A DNA stretch of 64,000 nucleotides from Shigella phage ESh15, in sequence record ON528725; one strand, given 5' to 3'. A model generated the notes under the pieces. That model saw nothing but the letters and a program-made list of their open reading frames with translations, had not been told where the DNA came from and ran no database searches. How positions within the stretch are numbered: position 1 is the stretch's first letter; each line of letters begins with the position of its first letter. The position numbers and the translations under genes are program-made. Below are positions 35,498 to 44,375 of this stretch, one piece after another.

Positions 35498-35791
35498 TTA
35501 TTTACGGAATGAAAGGAATGCTGGTGCTCGGAATGGAGTATCATCTTTAGAGTATTTAACTAATACGACCATTGGTACCTCTGTTTCTAAATGACCTGTC
35601 AGTACACCGATAAAAATTTGATCAGTGTGCTCAGGGTCACGAAAGTTTTTAAGAGGTTCCATAGCAATATGGAATGCACCCGGGAATACTCGATTCAATT
35701 CGTCAATCACAGCTTCGTTAAAAGCATCATCCGCTGGGATAGCATCTTCAACTACTAGTTCTTGACCATTAAAGCGAAGCATAGATTTCAT
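35498..35791 (-). CDS. Hypothetical protein (position of T4 alt.-1); start reassigned to internal Met
   Basis: Start at MKSMLRFNGQ... with GAGGA RBS 7 nt upstream; avoids overlap with the alt C-terminus. Confidence 0.6.
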   Translation of the reverse strand: MKSMLRFNGQELVVEDAIPADDAFNEAVIDELNRVFPGAFHIAMEPLKNFRDPEHTDQIFIGVLTGHLETEVPMVVLVKYSKDDTPFRAPAFLSFRK

Positions 35792-35849
35792 AACGTTTTC
35801 CTCATGTTGTTGATGGGATGATAGTATCACACATCCATGTGCTTGTAAA

Positions 35850-37937
35850 CTATCCTTGAACAAATTTAAACGGAACCGATTCTAAATCCATTAAAGATGC
35901 TAACAGTTTCAATCCTTTAGGTGCACTAGTTTTTTCTACAAATGAGGCAAAAGATACCGGCTCATCTGATTCGATTTCACCAGTCATAGCAACCACCTCG
36001 CCTGTTTCCATGAGAACATCACCATCGTAAATGACTGCTTCATCCAACTGGTCTGAGGACATGACTTCAGCTTGAATAAATTTAAGGTTGGATTCTAAAC
36101 CTGCACCAGTATCAGATGACGCATCTGTAATTTTATTTATCTGCAAGAGAATGCCTCTAGGCAAAATAATTTCTTGCTCATTAGGGTGATTACTCAACTG
36201 TCCTGGGTAAATCACGTTAACTTTATGAGCACCATCAATAGCCCATCCAACGTTAACACGGATTTGTTCTGGTGCATGCATAGCTGTTCTTACTTGACTA
36301 GGAGAAATAGTAACACCTTCGTCATTATTGTCAATGTTAAGCTCTTTGCGAACTTCTTCAGGAGCAAGTCCAAGGGCAACGTTCTCTTTAAACCCGCCGA
36401 AAATAATAGGAGCTAATGAAGTAGAAACATAGTTTCTGAAGTAGAATACCTTATTTTTAACCATTGCTTCGTAAATAGGCATTCTGATAGACTGAGCTCT
36501 ATATAACGTTAGTCCTTCAGGTAAACGGTCTCCATTTAAAAACGCTGAATCAAGACCATCAATAGCGCGTTTAACTTCATCTTCATCTGCAACATCATAA
36601 AAATCCGGTTTATAACGACCTAACAACATATTATTGATATCGGTATACGCAGAAGAGGCATATTCACGAATAGCTCGTTTTTCAGCAACAGAGTATTGTT
36701 TAGGGTCACGATTCATTGTTATATTAAAGGTGCCTCTAGCCGATTCTCGTGCATAAGTATACATCACATTAGACAAGAACGCCGATTTACGTTGTTTCCA
36801 AGTTTTTTCAGATACTTCAGCTAAAACGTCGTCAGCCAGTTGGAAATTATCTCGTCTAAAATCTTCAAACCATTCGTCTTTAATAGAGTCTGCAATTTCG
36901 TTTGCAGCTTCAACAAAAGCAGCTAATGCTTTAACAGATGTTGTTTTTTCGGTTTTAATTTTCTTAGCAAACTTTTCTAAAGACGGCTTAATAACACTAC
37001 CATAAGAAACTTCATCAGCAAATCTAAAGGATTCATCAATACGATTATAAATCTTATTTTCGATATCAGCAACTAAAGTGCCTTTTGCTGTGGACGATGC
37101 TTGGGCTAGTACGATTTCATATGCTTCAGGAAGTAATTCGGCTGTAGCCGGGCCACTAACTTCTTTAGCAGAATTTTCGTATTTCTGGAATAACTCGCCT
37201 TCTTGGCGGTCAGCTTCTAAAGATTGACTTGCTGCAATAGCACGACGAGAAATTTTAGTACGAGCAATAACAGGCTTATCTTTACGTTTTTCTTCTACAG
37301 CAGCAATAGAACCAGCGATAGCCGTTTCTTTGGTGACCTTTTCGCCAGTCTTTTTACTCACATAAACTTCGCCAACATCAGAATCTACTTTCGTGTACAA
37401 CTCTGTGTTAATGTTAGGGATGCCTTTAATATCTTCAATGTTGGCATTTTTACGAACCATCATCACATATGTGTGTTTACCTGTGAATTGATACATTGCA
37501 GACAGTACTTTAAAACGACCACCAGTTTTAGTAGAAACTAAACGAGCAAGAAGAGTTTGAAGCTGTTGTCCACGTCCTTTCAATTTCTTGGTAGGGAATC
37601 GGAACAAAACTGCATCCATACGAAGAGCTTTAACCTGTTCATACACTGTATTGAAAATGGTGTTGATTGCATCAATAGGAGCAGGACCAAGGCCATTTTT
37701 CAATTCAGCGAGATTACCCTTTTCAGACAGACTCATAATAACGACATGAGCGTATTTGTCGCCGAGTTTAACTTGTTTTACAGCATCGCCTTCGGAAAGG
37801 TAAGAGAATAAACGAACTACAATATTTGTATCGATATCACCAATTTTCCAGACTTGTGGAACTTTAGCTTTAGGGTTCAAATTGACGACAGGAAGACTGC
37901 CTTCAGATTCAAACACTTCATTTAATTGTTCAGACAT
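35850..37937 (-). CDS. alt: Alt, virion-packaged ADP-ribosyltransferase
   Basis: 695 aa vs T4 682 aa; C-terminal ART-like R...STS...E pattern; synteny next to DNA ligase. Confidence 0.9.
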   Translation of the reverse strand: MSEQLNEVFESEGSLPVVNLNPKAKVPQVWKIGDIDTNIVVRLFSYLSEGDAVKQVKLGDKYAHVVIMSLSEKGNLAELKNGLGPAPIDAINTIFNTVYEQVKALRMDAVLFRFPTKKLKGRGQQLQTLLARLVSTKTGGRFKVLSAMYQFTGKHTYVMMVRKNANIEDIKGIPNINTELYTKVDSDVGEVYVSKKTGEKVTKETAIAGSIAAVEEKRKDKPVIARTKISRRAIAASQSLEADRQEGELFQKYENSAKEVSGPATAELLPEAYEIVLAQASSTAKGTLVADIENKIYNRIDESFRFADEVSYGSVIKPSLEKFAKKIKTEKTTSVKALAAFVEAANEIADSIKDEWFEDFRRDNFQLADDVLAEVSEKTWKQRKSAFLSNVMYTYARESARGTFNITMNRDPKQYSVAEKRAIREYASSAYTDINNMLLGRYKPDFYDVADEDEVKRAIDGLDSAFLNGDRLPEGLTLYRAQSIRMPIYEAMVKNKVFYFRNYVSTSLAPIIFGGFKENVALGLAPEEVRKELNIDNNDEGVTISPSQVRTAMHAPEQIRVNVGWAIDGAHKVNVIYPGQLSNHPNEQEIILPRGILLQINKITDASSDTGAGLESNLKFIQAEVMSSDQLDEAVIYDGDVLMETGEVVAMTGEIESDEPVSFASFVEKTSAPKGLKLLASLMDLESVPFKFVQG

Positions 37938-37971
37938 AGTGTTTTCCTTTTAGTAATAATTTATATTTATG

Positions 37972-37993
37972 CCAAAAAGAGCCCGAAGGCTCT
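37972..37993 (-). terminator. Rho-independent terminator upstream of alt (minus strand)
   Basis: Minus-strand AGAGCC-TTCG-GGCTCT followed by TTTTTGG; overlaps the stop of the small upstream ORF. Confidence 0.65.
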
Positions 37994-38181
37994 TAATCCA
38001 CAATCGGAAGCAAAGTACGATAAACTTCAAAATTAGGGCCTTTTTCGTACTTATCAAAATTGTCCATAAAAATATGATAGGAATCGTTATTAGGAAAATC
38101 TAATACAATTTGGGAACAAGAGGTGGAAACATCTCCACCATCCTTCTTAGCTACAATAACTGTTTCTAAATAAGCTTTCAT
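37993..38181 (-). CDS. Hypothetical 62-aa protein between DNA ligase and alt
   Basis: Start ATG overlaps the ligase stop (TAATG); terminator hairpin follows. Confidence 0.55.
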   Translation of the reverse strand: MKAYLETVIVAKKDGGDVSTSCSQIVLDFPNNDSYHIFMDNFDKYEKGPNFEVYRTLLPIVD

Positions 38182-39674
38182 TATAAACCTGTCTGGGACC
38201 ACGGTCCAAATACGTCTTCAAATGAATCCGCTTCTGTTTTATCAAAACGGAACCCTTTAATAATTGGAAGGAAAATACCTACAGTACCTTCACGGCCTTT
38301 AGAATGAACCCAACCATTACATTCACAATCAGCGATACGTCCAATTAATTTACCTTCACGAGCTTCAGTCATTAATCGTTCACGGTCTAAATCATGACGC
38401 TCGTCTAAAGGAATAAGAACCTTTACACCGTCAACTGTTTTATGAGTTGTATCTTTAAAACCTGAACCACAATCGGTTGTAATACGACGACAACGTGATA
38501 CGAGTTCGACACCACCTAATTTGTTAGGGTCCTTAGAGTGTTCATAGTATCCTACAACTTCTAAAGCGATATCAATAACTTCTTTAAATTTAATTAGGTT
38601 CTTAGAGCGTTTGTTTTCCCAATATGAATCACGGTTTTTAAGGATAATACCTTCAAGACCTTGGTCAACATATTTTTTATAAACCACTTTAGCTTCGTCA
38701 AGATTATGAACTAACTGATTTTCAATTGGCTCAATTCGTTTAAAGCCTTCAGCCATATTTTCAAGAGCAGCAAAACGAACATCATATTTCTGACCTTTAA
38801 TTTTGCCATCAGAATAGACTTCATCTAAAGGAACATAGTCCCAGGCTTGAAGAACCATACCTTCAGCTTCTTTAGGAGAAATAGTCCCTTGAAGAGATTT
38901 ATTTGCTAAACCGTTTGAAGTGCTACGGTCCGCAACTTGTACTTCTTCGGATTCTTCATTATCACCAAATAAGAACGACAGGTCATTTCCTGAGCTCACA
39001 GCCTTTTTAATATCAAATGAATGGTAAACTAATTCACCGTCGATTAAAACCCCATTAGGGTGTCTTTCACGGGCTTCTTTAGTCATTTCCATTAGTTCAT
39101 CCGCTAATAGAGTAAGACCATGGTATTCATTACCAGCACGAGAAAAGAATTGAACACCATCATCGCGAACTTCAGCGAAACAACGAGCACCATCTGCTTT
39201 TAATTGGGCAAATGCGGGCCATTTAATATTTTTAGTAATCAATTTCTCATCATATGCGGATGCTAACATCTGTGGTTGCAATTGAATAAGTCCAGGCCAT
39301 ACCTTATTCGCGATAGACACTGAAGCACCTACTTCAAGGTCGCGCATCATTACACGACGAAGGACTTCTACATCATCAGGTTTACCGTCAGCGATATAAC
39401 CCATGAGCTCTTTAATTGCTGCATTACCGGTGAGTTTACGAGTGGCCAATGTGAACTCAATAAAATCCAACATGTCATCTAATTCAAGAAGACCATACGC
39501 TTGAGACCTTTCACCTGGTCCTGGCCATTTCTTAATATAATACTGGATACCACGTGCATATGTTAAACGATACACACGTTCAAGTAATTTGTTGTCCTTA
39601 TTTTTCTTAAGGATTTCCTGTTTTGTTTTAGTAGAACCGATCGCAGCTATTTGGTTTAAAATATCTAAAATCAT
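38181..39674 (-). CDS. 30: gp30 ATP-dependent DNA ligase
   Basis: 497 aa vs T4 487 aa; near-identical blocks including adenylation motif KADGAR and ECNGW. Confidence 0.96.
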   Translation of the reverse strand: MILDILNQIAAIGSTKTKQEILKKNKDNKLLERVYRLTYARGIQYYIKKWPGPGERSQAYGLLELDDMLDFIEFTLATRKLTGNAAIKELMGYIADGKPDDVEVLRRVMMRDLEVGASVSIANKVWPGLIQLQPQMLASAYDEKLITKNIKWPAFAQLKADGARCFAEVRDDGVQFFSRAGNEYHGLTLLADELMEMTKEARERHPNGVLIDGELVYHSFDIKKAVSSGNDLSFLFGDNEESEEVQVADRSTSNGLANKSLQGTISPKEAEGMVLQAWDYVPLDEVYSDGKIKGQKYDVRFAALENMAEGFKRIEPIENQLVHNLDEAKVVYKKYVDQGLEGIILKNRDSYWENKRSKNLIKFKEVIDIALEVVGYYEHSKDPNKLGGVELVSRCRRITTDCGSGFKDTTHKTVDGVKVLIPLDERHDLDRERLMTEAREGKLIGRIADCECNGWVHSKGREGTVGIFLPIIKGFRFDKTEADSFEDVFGPWSQTGL

Positions 39675-39940
39675 TTGATGTCCTCGATTTTGGTTACGGT
39701 TCTATTATAAGCCACTTCATCTAGAAGCGATTTCAGCGTTTTCTGATAAGTAGTAATCCATTTACCGAGTCCTTCAACATAGTATTCTGAAATGTAGATG
39801 AACCCTTGTTCAACACACTCTTTAAATACTTCTGCGTCTTTTACTGAACGAAACAATGGCCAGTCTCGAAAGAACATGTTAACATGACCGTAGTCACGTG
39901 TGGTGTTTTTGCCATCTGTAATATCATGAACTACAAACAT
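39671..39940 (-). CDS. Hypothetical protein (position of T4 30.1)
   Basis: 89-aa ORF with start/stop overlap to the ligase gene. Confidence 0.6.
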   Translation of the reverse strand: MFVVHDITDGKNTTRDYGHVNMFFRDWPLFRSVKDAEVFKECVEQGFIYISEYYVEGLGKWITTYQKTLKSLLDEVAYNRTVTKIEDIK

Positions 39941-39949
39941 AATTAACCC

Positions 39950-40774
39950 TTAACAATTTATAGACCAAGTCCATTTAGACGAATCTAAAGGAAAGTTTTG
40001 AATCGTCCACCACGGCTGCATATCAGTTGGTCCTGGGGTTCGCCAGGTATATGGAGTACGTGTTGTCGAGGGGCCACCAATTTGATTAGGCCATGCGCCT
40101 GGACTTGTTGCACCAGATTCTTTAAGCAAATCCGCCAATCGTTTTAAAAGGTCTTCACGATCTGAATCTGAATTATTCTTAGGCAGAACCAAACGAGATT
40201 CAATATCATCCCATGTGTGTACACGTTGTGCAGTACGAGGAATATCATCACGTTCACCACGGGCCAACCAATAAATCGGTACATTAAGAATTTCCGCCGC
40301 ATGGTCACAGTGATGAGCTAAATCGTCAACATAACAAATCACGTTATATTTTGTTTTAGCTAGTTCGAATAATTGTTCTTTTGAAGAATCATGACCACAC
40401 ATCATTACTTCAGAGAAAGCGCCTGGGAACAAAGCATTCAAATTAAATTGTCTATTCAATCGGGCATCAATTGAATCACCTAGCGCCGTCACGGCTACAA
40501 AATTATAGTCTTCTTTTAGTTTATTGATAACTCGAAGAGCATCCGAATAAGGCGCTAAGTAACGAATAAAATCAGAGCGATTATATTTTTCTATTAATTG
40601 TTTACCAAGGTTATCGTCAGTATTGAACAGTTTACCAGGAGAAATAAATTTTTCGTCCTGAATCATTTTTAAAATATGTTCTAATGGAAGATTATATTTT
40701 TGGGCAAAATAAGGAAGTCCAGATTGCCAGCTTAAACATACACCATCAATATCAGTCAAAATAGTAGGCTTCAT
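39950..40774 (-). CDS. Putative HAD-superfamily hydrolase (position of T4 30.2)
   Basis: 274 aa; N-terminal ILTDIDGV fits HAD motif I; downstream VDD fits motif IV. Confidence 0.6.
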   Translation of the reverse strand: MKPTILTDIDGVCLSWQSGLPYFAQKYNLPLEHILKMIQDEKFISPGKLFNTDDNLGKQLIEKYNRSDFIRYLAPYSDALRVINKLKEDYNFVAVTALGDSIDARLNRQFNLNALFPGAFSEVMMCGHDSSKEQLFELAKTKYNVICYVDDLAHHCDHAAEILNVPIYWLARGERDDIPRTAQRVHTWDDIESRLVLPKNNSDSDREDLLKRLADLLKESGATSPGAWPNQIGGPSTTRTPYTWRTPGPTDMQPWWTIQNFPLDSSKWTWSINC

Positions 40775-41238
40775 AAAGAGTCTCTTAATAGGTTTAACAC
40801 ATCAATAAATTCAGCTTCGGTTAGTATTGTATCATCTTTTGTTAGGTGGCTAGCCATGCTGTGCTTCAAAATTTTTCCTTTAGAGGCTTGTAAGGCATCA
40901 CGAAACCCCTTATTTTGGATCGCGGCTTCAAAATATGCATTTGTGTATAATTCTTTCCACGCTTCAGAGTATCTTGAAAATGGAACTCCTAACCAGAAGA
41001 GAGTTCCACGGTCCTGAGCTCTTGCATAAGACCTTCCAGCTTGCTGTGCAGCCAATCCAGACAACCCAAATATACGTCTTTGTTGTTCAACATTTTTCAC
41101 CTTACATCCTTGGAGAAATCCTTCAAGACCTCCGAATTGAATACCATCCATAACAAAAGGCCATTGAGCAAAGTTACTTAATGCACATGACGGCCACTTG
41201 AAATTACTTCTTATTTCTAATTCAGACATCTTTAACAC
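40771..41238 (-). CDS. NADAR/YbiA-like (DUF1768) protein (position of T4 30.3)
   Basis: 155 aa; LSNFAQWPF..DGIQF resembles the E. coli YbiA FSNFAAWP..DG motif. Confidence 0.6.
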   Translation of the reverse strand: MLKMSELEIRSNFKWPSCALSNFAQWPFVMDGIQFGGLEGFLQGCKVKNVEQQRRIFGLSGLAAQQAGRSYARAQDRGTLFWLGVPFSRYSEAWKELYTNAYFEAAIQNKGFRDALQASKGKILKHSMASHLTKDDTILTEAEFIDVLNLLRDSL

Positions 41239-41434
41239 TTATAATTTCAACATCAGCCCAATGACCGTAACTAGGCAGACGGTCTTCAATAGATAAACCA
41301 CCGTCATTTTTAAGCATTTTAATTGTCTTGATAAACGGTTCATCCTGTGGATGAATAGGCGAGCAGTCAGTTACACGATAAGTAACTTCAATCATTTCCG
41401 TACCAAACAATTTCTGGATTAATTTATTCAACAT
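41222..41434 (-). CDS. Hypothetical protein
   Basis: 70-aa ORF in the co-directional early cluster. Confidence 0.5.
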   Translation of the reverse strand: MLNKLIQKLFGTEMIEVTYRVTDCSPIHPQDEPFIKTIKMLKNDGGLSIEDRLPSYGHWADVEIISVKDV

Positions 41435-41621
41435 GTTTTAACCCTTTAATAGGAGACAGCTCTTTACCCATACGTATGTCAGAAGTCCCATCAACCCATT
41501 GAACCGCATACGCTTCATTGATAATACCTGCGCTAGTTTTAAATTCATGGAGAACTTTAAAAATCATCCCAGGGATTCCAACACCTTTTAATTGGACTGT
41601 TTGTGCTATTAAAAATTTCAT
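41424..41621 (-). CDS. Hypothetical protein
   Basis: 65-aa ORF in the co-directional early cluster. Confidence 0.5.
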   Translation of the reverse strand: MKFLIAQTVQLKGVGIPGMIFKVLHEFKTSAGIINEAYAVQWVDGTSDIRMGKELSPIKGLKHVE

Positions 41622-41675
41622 ATTTTTCCACTTACTAAAGAAATCATTATACTCTAATCCATCCTTGGATGTAAA

Positions 41676-42293
41676 CTACTTAACGAAATTAATTTCTACC
41701 GGATGAACAACAGGTTGAGCAGTGATATATTGAGTAATTGCTTTCATGACTAGAGCTTCAGAACCAGGATTTTTCTCAACGAATTCACGTGCTTGGTTAT
41801 GAGCTTCAAGTTCACTTAGTAAACCGCTTCGTTGGCATCCACGGTCTTGAGTACCCTGTTCAGATAAAAAGACGACGATGTATTTTTCGTCATCATCATA
41901 CGGTTTAGACGGTTGAGCAAATGTTCCTTTACTTCCGAAAGGAGAGTTATGCCGCCACATATCACCGTGAGGAGTTTCAACCTTCGTGTATTCATGCGGT
42001 CCATTTTTCTTAGTTTCTTTCCATGGAACTTCATGGACCTTAGGGTTAGGACATTCAATAAAATGCTCATCTAAATCGGTAGAGAATATTAAAGTAAAAC
42101 AATTACTGAATTTACCAGCACCTGCCTGATAAATTTTACCTTCAGAAGTTCTAATTTCACAAACTGAGCCGGCATCAGTAACTTCTAAAACTTCAAAAGG
42201 CTCGATAAGGTCATATGAGAACATGTTTTTAAGGCGTGGAGTAATATCCCCATTTTTAAAATTCATTTTATAAAAAGTATTAACTTTAAACAT
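41676..42293 (-). CDS. Hypothetical protein, 205 aa
   Basis: ORF with GAGGAA RBS; preceded by an intercistronic hairpin at 42305-42320. Confidence 0.65.
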   Translation of the reverse strand: MFKVNTFYKMNFKNGDITPRLKNMFSYDLIEPFEVLEVTDAGSVCEIRTSEGKIYQAGAGKFSNCFTLIFSTDLDEHFIECPNPKVHEVPWKETKKNGPHEYTKVETPHGDMWRHNSPFGSKGTFAQPSKPYDDDEKYIVVFLSEQGTQDRGCQRSGLLSELEAHNQAREFVEKNPGSEALVMKAITQYITAQPVVHPVEINFVK

Positions 42294-42304
42294 AATTTCC
42301 TCAG

Positions 42305-42320
42305 TGGGAGCCGAAGCTCC
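42305..42320 (-). other. Intercistronic hairpin GGGAGC-TTCG-GCTCCC between two 30.x genes
   Basis: Perfect 6-bp stem with UUCG loop (minus strand) directly upstream of the downstream RBS; no U-run. Confidence 0.45.
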
Positions 42321-42328
42321 CAGTTAAA

Positions 42329-42694
42329 TTAGATATCAAATTCATTAAGAACTACATCAAAGATTGCTTCGAGATGTTCAGGTTTAGCTCGGTTGCTCAG
42401 GATATGACGAATCCAAGTTTTAACCAGAAGTTTACGATTATCACCATTCCAGCAAGGATGAGTACCTAAATCACGCTGACGGAAATCATCATCTAATGCA
42501 ATTTTAAAATTTGAACCTTCCATCGTGATTGAAACCGTGATACCATTTTCAAATCGCATATAAACGTAATTAGGAGTCATGCACTGTTCGATTTCACAAA
42601 CTGTACCGTTTTTGTGTTTCCATAAGCAAATAACTTCAGAAGAACCAGCGATACCGTTAGAAACATATTTACGTTCGAAGTTGATGTAGTTCAT
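42329..42694 (-). CDS. Hypothetical protein, 121 aa
   Basis: ORF with own early-type promoter; shares a CMTP motif at the same position as the neighbouring 122-aa ORF. Confidence 0.65.
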   Translation of the reverse strand: MNYINFERKYVSNGIAGSSEVICLWKHKNGTVCEIEQCMTPNYVYMRFENGITVSITMEGSNFKIALDDDFRQRDLGTHPCWNGDNRKLLVKTWIRHILSNRAKPEHLEAIFDVVLNEFDI

Positions 42695-42735
42695 TTTATT
42701 CTCCAGATGTTTAAGTTGTTTGTTGGTACAGGTCT

Positions 42736-42764
42736 ATAATAACATAACCTGTACCAAAGTAAAC
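42736..42764 (-). promoter_or_regulatory. Early-type promoter GTTTAC-N17-TATTAT flanked by an 8-bp inverted repeat
   Basis: Minus-strand GTTTACtttggtacaggttatgtTATTATagacctgtacc; inverted repeat GGTACAGG/CCTGTACC brackets the -10. Confidence 0.5.
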
Positions 42765-42768
42765 TGTT

Positions 42769-43137
42769 TTATGCAACTTTAATCCAATTGTCTAAATTTA
42801 AAACACCTTTGGCTTTCATTTTTTCGATCAGGTTATCTGCTGTAATGCGTCCATTTTGATACCATGTAACATCTTCAGAGTAACCAGTTTCTTCGTCAAC
42901 ATATGTTTCTGAACGAATTTTACCGGTAATAATAGTTTTTAATTCGTATGTGTCACCTGTGAAAAAGTTTGCTAACACAATTTTCCAAGAGAAATCATCA
43001 GAAGGACCTTCAGGGGTCATACAACTTACGATCTCAAATTGCTCTTTGTATAACATCCACTGGAATTCTTTAATTTCGATAGCTTTATAACCGTCGTGGT
43101 CTTTACATTTGATGTATGAGTTCAGATTGATTTTCAT
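42769..43137 (-). CDS. Hypothetical protein, 122 aa
   Basis: ORF with own early-type promoter. Confidence 0.65.
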   Translation of the reverse strand: MKINLNSYIKCKDHDGYKAIEIKEFQWMLYKEQFEIVSCMTPEGPSDDFSWKIVLANFFTGDTYELKTIITGKIRSETYVDEETGYSEDVTWYQNGRITADNLIEKMKAKGVLNLDNWIKVA

Positions 43138-43179
43138 TTTGTTCTCCAGTTTGTTTTATTGATTAGGTGGTACAAGTCT

Positions 43180-43208
43180 ATAGTAACACATCCTACAGGA
43201 GAGTAAAC
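43180..43208 (-). promoter_or_regulatory. Early-type promoter GTTTAC-N17-TACTAT
   Basis: Minus-strand GTTTACtctcctgtaggatgtgtTACTATagac. Confidence 0.5.
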
Positions 43209-43230
43209 ATCTTTTTAAACTTTTTCTGCC

Positions 43231-43262
43231 CTAAACGCACAAAAGGGAGACCGAAGTCTCCC
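43231..43262 (-). terminator. Rho-independent terminator after the 59-aa gene (minus strand)
   Basis: Minus-strand GGGAGAC-TTCG-GTCTCCC followed by TTTTGTGCGTTT; identical hairpin to the gene 23 and gene 32 terminators. Confidence 0.8.
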
Positions 43263-43267
43263 TAAAA

Positions 43268-43447
43268 TTATGCAACAACCTTTCCAAAACGAGAAGCATC
43301 ATCTCGAAGAACTGCACGTGCTCTGCGCATGATCTTCTCAACTGTTTGATTAATACGAGAGTTCGACCCACGCTTGTATCCAGCGCGTTTAGAGATACCA
43401 TCAACTTTCTTTTCAACTGCTTTCTTTGCTTTAGCTTGTTTTGCCAT
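43268..43447 (-). CDS. Hypothetical 59-aa basic protein (position of T4 30.9)
   Basis: Not in the ORF track (under 60 aa); Lys/Arg-rich MAKQAKAKKAVEKK...; stop followed 6 nt later by a strong terminator. Confidence 0.6.
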   Translation of the reverse strand: MAKQAKAKKAVEKKVDGISKRAGYKRGSNSRINQTVEKIMRRARAVLRDDASRFGKVVA

Positions 43448-43612
43448 TATAAATTCTCTTTAAATGAAAATGCAGGACTTATTGACATTGCCTGCGCAAG
43501 CCCTCAAGGGGAACATAGGTTTTTGGATATTTAACGACCAGGATAACCATAAACCCGTCATCATACCAACCACGACTTAGACAGATAACCTTTTTCTGAC
43601 GCGTGATAGCAA

Positions 43613-43861
43613 TTATTTCAAAGTAATAACAAAATGACGAACTGCTTTACGAGCTGCTGAAGCCAAAGGCTTAGCATATTTCAGTTCATCTTTTGCTTCC
43701 AGTTCAGCAGCCAGAGTAGCCTGAGCAGGATTCAGATGTTTGAAATAACGCAGGATTTCCAGTGCTTCGGCTTCAACATCAATTGAAGCGCCGTAGTTTT
43801 CGTGACCGTTATTCCATGCGTTGCGTTGCAGTTCAAGAGCGTGTTGTAATTGTTTAATCAT
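43613..43861 (-). CDS. rIII: rIII lysis-inhibition accessory protein
   Basis: 82 aa, the T4 rIII length, immediately downstream of gene 31; assignment by synteny and length. Confidence 0.7.
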   Translation of the reverse strand: MIKQLQHALELQRNAWNNGHENYGASIDVEAEALEILRYFKHLNPAQATLAAELEAKDELKYAKPLASAARKAVRHFVITLK

Positions 43862-43985
43862 TTTAAATTCTCAATTCGAGATAATATTTAGTAGCCACGT
43901 TCTTCTGAATTTCACCTTCTTTCGACAAGTCTCTCAGTTGTAGGCTACCGCTTAGAAGAGTGTTCTCTTCATATAGTTATTTATA

Positions 43986-44318
43986 TCACTTATAAAGACA
44001 CGGAATAGCTTTATAGTGGCATGTTACGAATTTCTGTTTAATTTCTTTAGGTTGTTTAAGTCCCAAAGCCACAAATGGATGTGGAACATTTCGAATTTGT
44101 CCAACTGGTAGTGGAGTCAAATCACCGACTTCAACAAAACCTTCAGGAACATCAGGACCTACAGAATGAACTACACATAGTTCAGGAACTTCACCTTGAA
44201 CACGTTTACCAATCACAAGTCCTGATTCGGTAACTTCTTCATCACCTGCTTGAGCAGGTTCAGAAACCAGAATGACATATTCACCAACAGCACGAATTGG
44301 GAGTTGTACTTCAGACAT
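43986..44318 (-). CDS. 31: gp31 co-chaperonin (GroES analogue)
   Basis: 110 aa; near-identical to recalled T4 gp31. Confidence 0.95.
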   Translation of the reverse strand: MSEVQLPIRAVGEYVILVSEPAQAGDEEVTESGLVIGKRVQGEVPELCVVHSVGPDVPEGFVEVGDLTPLPVGQIRNVPHPFVALGLKQPKEIKQKFVTCHYKAIPCLYK

Positions 44319-44375
44319 CTTATTTCCTTGTTGTTTGACGATAGATTAATAATACCATACTATTCGTAAAGCATA

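Noticed and set aside
35498-35863. Full-length 121-aa form of the ORF downstream of alt
   Set aside because: Its first 24 codons overlap the alt C-terminus; the internal Met has a GAGGA RBS at proper spacing, so the shorter 97-aa form is preferred.
43231-43416. ORF-track 61-aa minus-strand ORF (MKRKLMVSLN...)
   Set aside because: Low-complexity, leucine-rich translation with no RBS; the alternative frame gives a 59-aa basic protein (43268-43447) that ends just before a terminator, so the tracked ORF is treated as an out-of-frame artefact.
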